A stretch of DNA of 64,000 nucleotides from a virus (taxonomy: Duplodnaviria; Caudoviricetes). The stretch's first letter is position 1, and the number at the start of each line of letters is the position of its first letter. The stretch is taken from positions 17,911 to 81,910 of IMG/VR virus record IMGVR_UViG_3300005076_000003; one strand, given 5' to 3'. The notes under the pieces are model-generated. The model had not been told where the DNA came from, searched no databases, and was given only the letters and a program-made list of their open reading frames with translations. Below are positions 59,970 to 64,000 of this stretch, in pieces. A program made the translations under genes and the position numbers.

Positions 59970-60620
59970 TTAAATCTCCTTTATAAAACCATAATATTTA
60001 AGCTCACCTTGCTCTCTAGCAAGGATTGCATCTTCTTTCTTTTCAAACCTACCTAGATTAATCTTCTTACGGTCTTTCATAATGTAGGCATCCCATTTAA
60101 GTTTTTGTTTGTTCCAAGAAACTCCTGTTCGACCAGATGTATTGTTTGTGCTTTTTCGTTGATTAAACCCTTGCACACTTGCATCAGCCCAACGACAATT
60201 CTCAGGAGAGTAGTCTCCATTAATATCAATACGGTCTAATGATGTACCCTCTGGTCGTTCACCCATATCTGTGAGGAAGTCTTCAAAAGACAACCATCTT
60301 TTACAGACGGTAATACCCCTACCTCCATAATCAGGATAACCTACTGAATTTGGATTATTACACCGTTGTAACATACCTTCCCAAGTTCCGTAAGACTTAG
60401 TGCCCATCTTTCCATGTGTTGAAATAGTTTCACGAAGTCTCTCTAATCTAAAACAACCACAAGAAACCCTTTCCTCACTCTTTAAAGCATCTTCACGGAC
60501 TTGTTTGACTGTCCCACAGTCACATTTACAAGGTGTGTAAGCTCTGCCATTTTTGATAAAGGACTTACCAATTACAGTAAGTCGATTTATTTTATCACCA
60601 ATATTAATACTAACTGACAT
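59970..60620 (-). mobile_element. HNH-AP2 homing endonuclease gene
   Basis: [18 protein letters not shown]...YGGRGI.VC.RW..FEDF..DMGERP..SLDRID.NG.Y..ENCRWA. Confidence 0.9.
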
Positions 60621-61422
60621 AACCACCTTCTCGTTCAAATGCAATAACCAGTTGCTTAACCATCTCAGAACGAACAATATCATCATGGTTGAATCGAATA
60701 ACACCAACATCAGGGATATAATGTTTTAACACAACACCCTCAAACCACTTTAAACCGTTATCTTTTGTGTCAGACTGGGCGTTATCACCTATACAGACCA
60801 AACGACAGTTTTCACCAAGTCGTGTTGTTAGTGCTTGCATCTCTCCAATAGTGGTATTAGAAGATTCGTCAACAATTACTATACAATTATCAAAGCTACG
60901 ACCACGAATTGATTCCAATGGGGCTAACTCAATCTTGTCAGCAAGTAGTAGTTGTTCCTCAACCATACCTTTACCTAGCACATCAGATAAATAGCCAATC
61001 AGAGGTAACACAAAAGGACGTAGCTTCTCAAGATCAGAGTTTGGTTTAAACCCTGTAGTACGCCCTGACACAGCAACATAAGGTCGAGTAATCACAATCT
61101 TTTCAATATTACCTGATAACAATTCAGAAGCAGCGTATCGGCAAGCTAAGTAGCTCTTACCTGTCCCTGCACTACCAGTACCAATAGTGATGATATTTTG
61201 TCGCATACTGTTTAAGAATTGTTCTTGGTGTTGATTCTTTGGTTGAATATGAATTGCTTTACCACGTTGCTGACGATCTTCTTCCCATTTCATCTTCGGT
61301 TCACTACCTCCAACATGATTCTTCTTGTTTTCACGGTTATTGGTACTGCGATTGTTATGCTTACCATTCCCTTTTACACCTCGATCACCATGACCGCTAT
61401 ACCGTTGCGCTGAATTTGACAT
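60610..61422 (-). CDS. phoH: PhoH-like ATPase
   Basis: [48 protein letters not shown]. Confidence 0.92.
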   Translation of the reverse strand: MSNSAQRYSGHGDRGVKGNGKHNNRSTNNRENKKNHVGGSEPKMKWEEDRQQRGKAIHIQPKNQHQEQFLNSMRQNIITIGTGSAGTGKSYLACRYAASELLSGNIEKIVITRPYVAVSGRTTGFKPNSDLEKLRPFVLPLIGYLSDVLGKGMVEEQLLLADKIELAPLESIRGRSFDNCIVIVDESSNTTIGEMQALTTRLGENCRLVCIGDNAQSDTKDNGLKWFEGVVLKHYIPDVGVIRFNHDDIVRSEMVKQLVIAFEREGGYVS

Positions 61423-61547
61423 ATTACATTCTCCTACACCCTTGTTAAATAATTAAATTGTTATGCACTATCTAAGGTTTTAAAGTAACACTAAACTTAA
61501 CACACCTAAATACGATTAGCAATAGGTGTGTTGGTGTTATTTAATGT

Positions 61548-62243
61548 TTATCTCCAACAACGGTGTTGAAGTTGGAGAATACTACTTGTTGAAAGTTTTA
61601 CATCGTTTAAAATGACAGAACTAACTAATATCCCTACTAGTTTCTCTTTAACACTCTCATCAGACACAACCTTAAACATCAACTTTGAACCTTCTAAATC
61701 AATCTCACCTTGATGGTGTCGAACAGTAAAGTCTATTTGCTCGTCTCTCAAGAAGTTTACAAAATTGCCTAATTCATGTCGTACTTCTTGAGGACTATTA
61801 AAACACAATAAGATTTGAGTACCAAACGATGTCTGAGTTAGTCTTAGCATCTCAGAACGTGAAATATTAGTTATAATCATATTAAACCTCTATGTAGATT
61901 TCTTTGTTGGTGTTCGTTTTACTGCTGTTTTAACCGTATTTGCAGTTTCAGCTACGTCTGTACCACCTACACCACTAACATCGCTAGAATCGTCTTTTAG
62001 AGCTGTTTCCTGTGATGTATTCGGTACGTTTACATGATTACCTTCTTTGTCGATGTAATATCCATGTCGTGGTACAAGAATCGCTTGGAACATGCTTCCA
62101 GAAATACCACCAAACGGGTACTTATCATTTTCGTAGCTTACGGTATAACCTTTTGCACCCATATCTGTTAATTCAAATGCAAACTCTGCCAAGCTGTAAG
62201 CTACTACAGTGATTGAGTTATCGTGGTTTAATGTTGTAGCCAT
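61548..62243 (-). other. Two hypothetical CDS (61548-61880, 61890-62243)
   Basis: GAGG RBS. Confidence 0.6.
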
Positions 62244-62265
62244 GTTTAATTTCCTCTCTAATTAA

Positions 62266-63008
62266 TTAATCGTTAATTTCAACTTCATAGGTAGTAAGAG
62301 CTTCGTAAACTCTGTTATCAATTTGATCTTTCCATTTGTTAGCCACCTCTTTAATATAAGCTTCCTTAGCTTCTTTGTAGATTTGGAATGCTTCTTCTGG
62401 TGTAGAGAAAGAACCTAAACGCTTTCTCTTCTTTCGCCCCACAGATACATCAGCTTGATATTTTCCTTTCTGCTTATCAAACCAAACACCTATTGGTAAG
62501 TCGCCACGAGCAGCATCTCTTTTAATAAACAATCCGTTAATCTCTTGAGGAACAAACAACAAGCGTCTTCACTATATACTTTATTACCTTTAATTAAGAT
62601 GTCTTTGTCCAAATGCCAACCATCTTCGTTAAATCCAATTTGCTTATTACACCACTCTTGAAAGTATGGGTAATACTTAAATTTCTCTGAAACCGAGCAA
62701 TCTGCATATGTAGGAGACTTTTTGTGAAATTCACTATCGTAACACCTTCCAATCACCCCTTTCCATAGGGCATACTCTTTTAAAACTATACCACCAACAG
62801 TAGTTGAAGCATCACCAACTACACCAACACCGTGTAGGCTTGGGAATAACCTGTCTTTAACTAGTCCGTTTCTTATATGGCAGATATGTGCTGTTGTTTC
62901 ATAGTTAGTGTTTATGAACTTAACACATACATTGTGATTATTGATATACTTGGTTACTACCAAGTCGCCATATTTGATAGTTTTAAAAATCTTTCCTTCG
63001 TACTTCAT
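62266..63008 (-). pseudogene. HNH homing endonuclease gene with a single-base deletion near 62554
   Basis: TGT TGT TT GTT CCT, whereas paralogs read CCFVP. The two ORF-track pieces join into one HNH. Confidence 0.8.
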
Positions 63009-63200
63009 ACGAACCTCCCCTTTAGAATTAAGTTTAAAACACAAGTCTCCTAACTCTTATGTTTTCTTGTTTACATTTACTAGTATATGTCACTAAATTC
63101 AATACGTCAACCCCTCTAGCACACAAACATTTAAATTATTTTAAATACAGCAAAAACAATACCTTATCTAAAAACACACCATTGTTACAAAAAATAAAGC

Positions 63201-63230
63201 TTGACAAGATTCAACAAGAGGGGTTAATAT
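63201..63230 (+). promoter_or_regulatory. Sigma70-type promoter overlapping a G4 motif
   Basis: TTGACA-N18-TAATAT. Confidence 0.6.
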
Positions 63231-63480
63231 GGGGACATAGGGGTTACGGGGTTGGATATATCTATCTAGTTTAAATAATATTAATATATTGAATACATGA
63301 GCTATCTAGGATTCAAGAGCTTTTATATAATTATATATATATAACTAAATATAAATAATATTTATATACTAATAATATACTTAATATAAATACTTACTGT
63401 AAGTATAACTTATGTATATCTAAAGAATACTTTAAGTATTACATACTGTACTAGATATAATTAGATTTATATACCTGTCT
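63220..63480. other. Candidate replication origin element 2: G-quadruplex motif, conserved 33-mer, AT-rich region
   Basis: GGGG-N7-GGGG-N5-GGGG-N4-GGGG, with homology to 29440-29595. Confidence 0.55.
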
Positions 63481-63516
63481 TAGGTGTTGTCTTGTTTGGG
63501 TTTAAGATCATACTTG

Positions 63517-63667
63517 TTTGGTGTTAGAGCATAGCGATCTGCTTGGTGTACTAGGTGCTAAGAAGATACCTGATTGAGTTAAACACAACAAACTCAATTA
63601 AACTCAATCTTTTGGTGTTTCTTGTTAATTTGGTGTAATTTCTACAGATTTAACCTGTTTTTGGTGT
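63517..63667 (+). repeat. Five TTGGTGT direct repeats
   Basis: Copies near 63518, 63543, 63612, 63630, 63661. Confidence 0.55.
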
Positions 63668-63716
63668 AAAAAGATAAAAATATTTGTGTTTTGTGCAAGA
63701 ATCAACCTGAAAGGGG

Positions 63717-63744
63717 TTGACACCATATGAACTTATGTTAAACT
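63717..63744 (+). promoter_or_regulatory. Sigma70-type promoter with extended -10
   Basis: TTGACA-N16-TAAACT preceded by TGn. Confidence 0.6.
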
Positions 63745-64000
63745 GTGTCTATACCCACAAGAAAACATGCATTACTTCTTGTTTGGTTAAGGTGTTATAT
63801 CGGAGTTCTCCTACTCCCTTGATAACGTGTTGCTGAATTAAGCTCTATGACACATTAAGGGAGTCACCACCTCCCTAACCAAATCTCCTATGTCGCTACT
63901 CGTTCATATTGAAGTTCATCTCCTTACTTTGATATGATTGCTAGGTAGTCCGTATAATCGTAAGCGGAACTGTTATTGTCCTTACTCCCCTCACGAATCT

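Noticed and set aside
63059-63274. Plus-strand 71-aa ORF
   Set aside because: It spans divergent promoters and the G-rich motif and has no RBS; better explained as regulatory DNA.
1-64000. tRNA or rRNA genes
   Set aside because: No convincing cloverleaf with T-loop GTTCRA and acceptor stem was found by eye. A tRNAscan run would be needed to exclude them fully.
1-64000. Stop-codon reassignment (TAG to Gln)
   Set aside because: Long genes are intact in code 11 and several end in TAG. Only one in-frame amber was seen.
1-64000. Integrase, repressor or other lysogeny module; host chromosomal DNA
   Set aside because: None seen. The gene content is that of a lytic phage throughout the window.

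Overview
The window is 64 kb of an AT-rich, lytic dsDNA tailed phage genome with a long tape measure protein (siphovirus-like). Spanins indicate a Gram-negative host. Gene style recalls Acinetobacter siphoviruses, but I could not verify this. Layout: + strand end of the tail module and lysis cassette (1-7.1 kb); - strand replication and nucleotide-metabolism operon (7.2-29.2 kb: origin-binding-like helicase, RNR, exonucleases, SSB, family A polymerase, primase-helicase); + strand early region (29.7-42.7 kb) with an intein-containing thyX; a promoter-rich pre-early-like block of small ORFs (43-46.7 kb); a 1.4 kb mostly non-coding repeat region (46.7-48.1 kb); and a - strand early/middle operon (48.2-63 kb: UvrD, dCMP deaminase, ligase, HD hydrolase, ClpP-like, PhoH). 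Most notable observations: (1) of ten free-standing HNH genes, three sit at split target genes and leave orphan gene fragments; for thyX and a GapR/DsbA-like gene an intact diverged copy lies on the other side of the HNH. (2) An Ocr-like acidic DNA-mimic candidate near the start of the pre-early block. (3) Behind that block, DnaA-box-like 9-mers, a palindrome and a direct-repeat array reminiscent of the T5 injection-stop region. (4) Two homologous non-coding elements 34 kb apart (promoter, G-rich tract, conserved 33-mer, AT-rich zone), one with a four-tier G-quadruplex motif; these are candidate R-loop-primed origins. Several single-base frameshifts in homopolymers may be sequencing errors. 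All family assignments are by eye from motifs; no searches were run.
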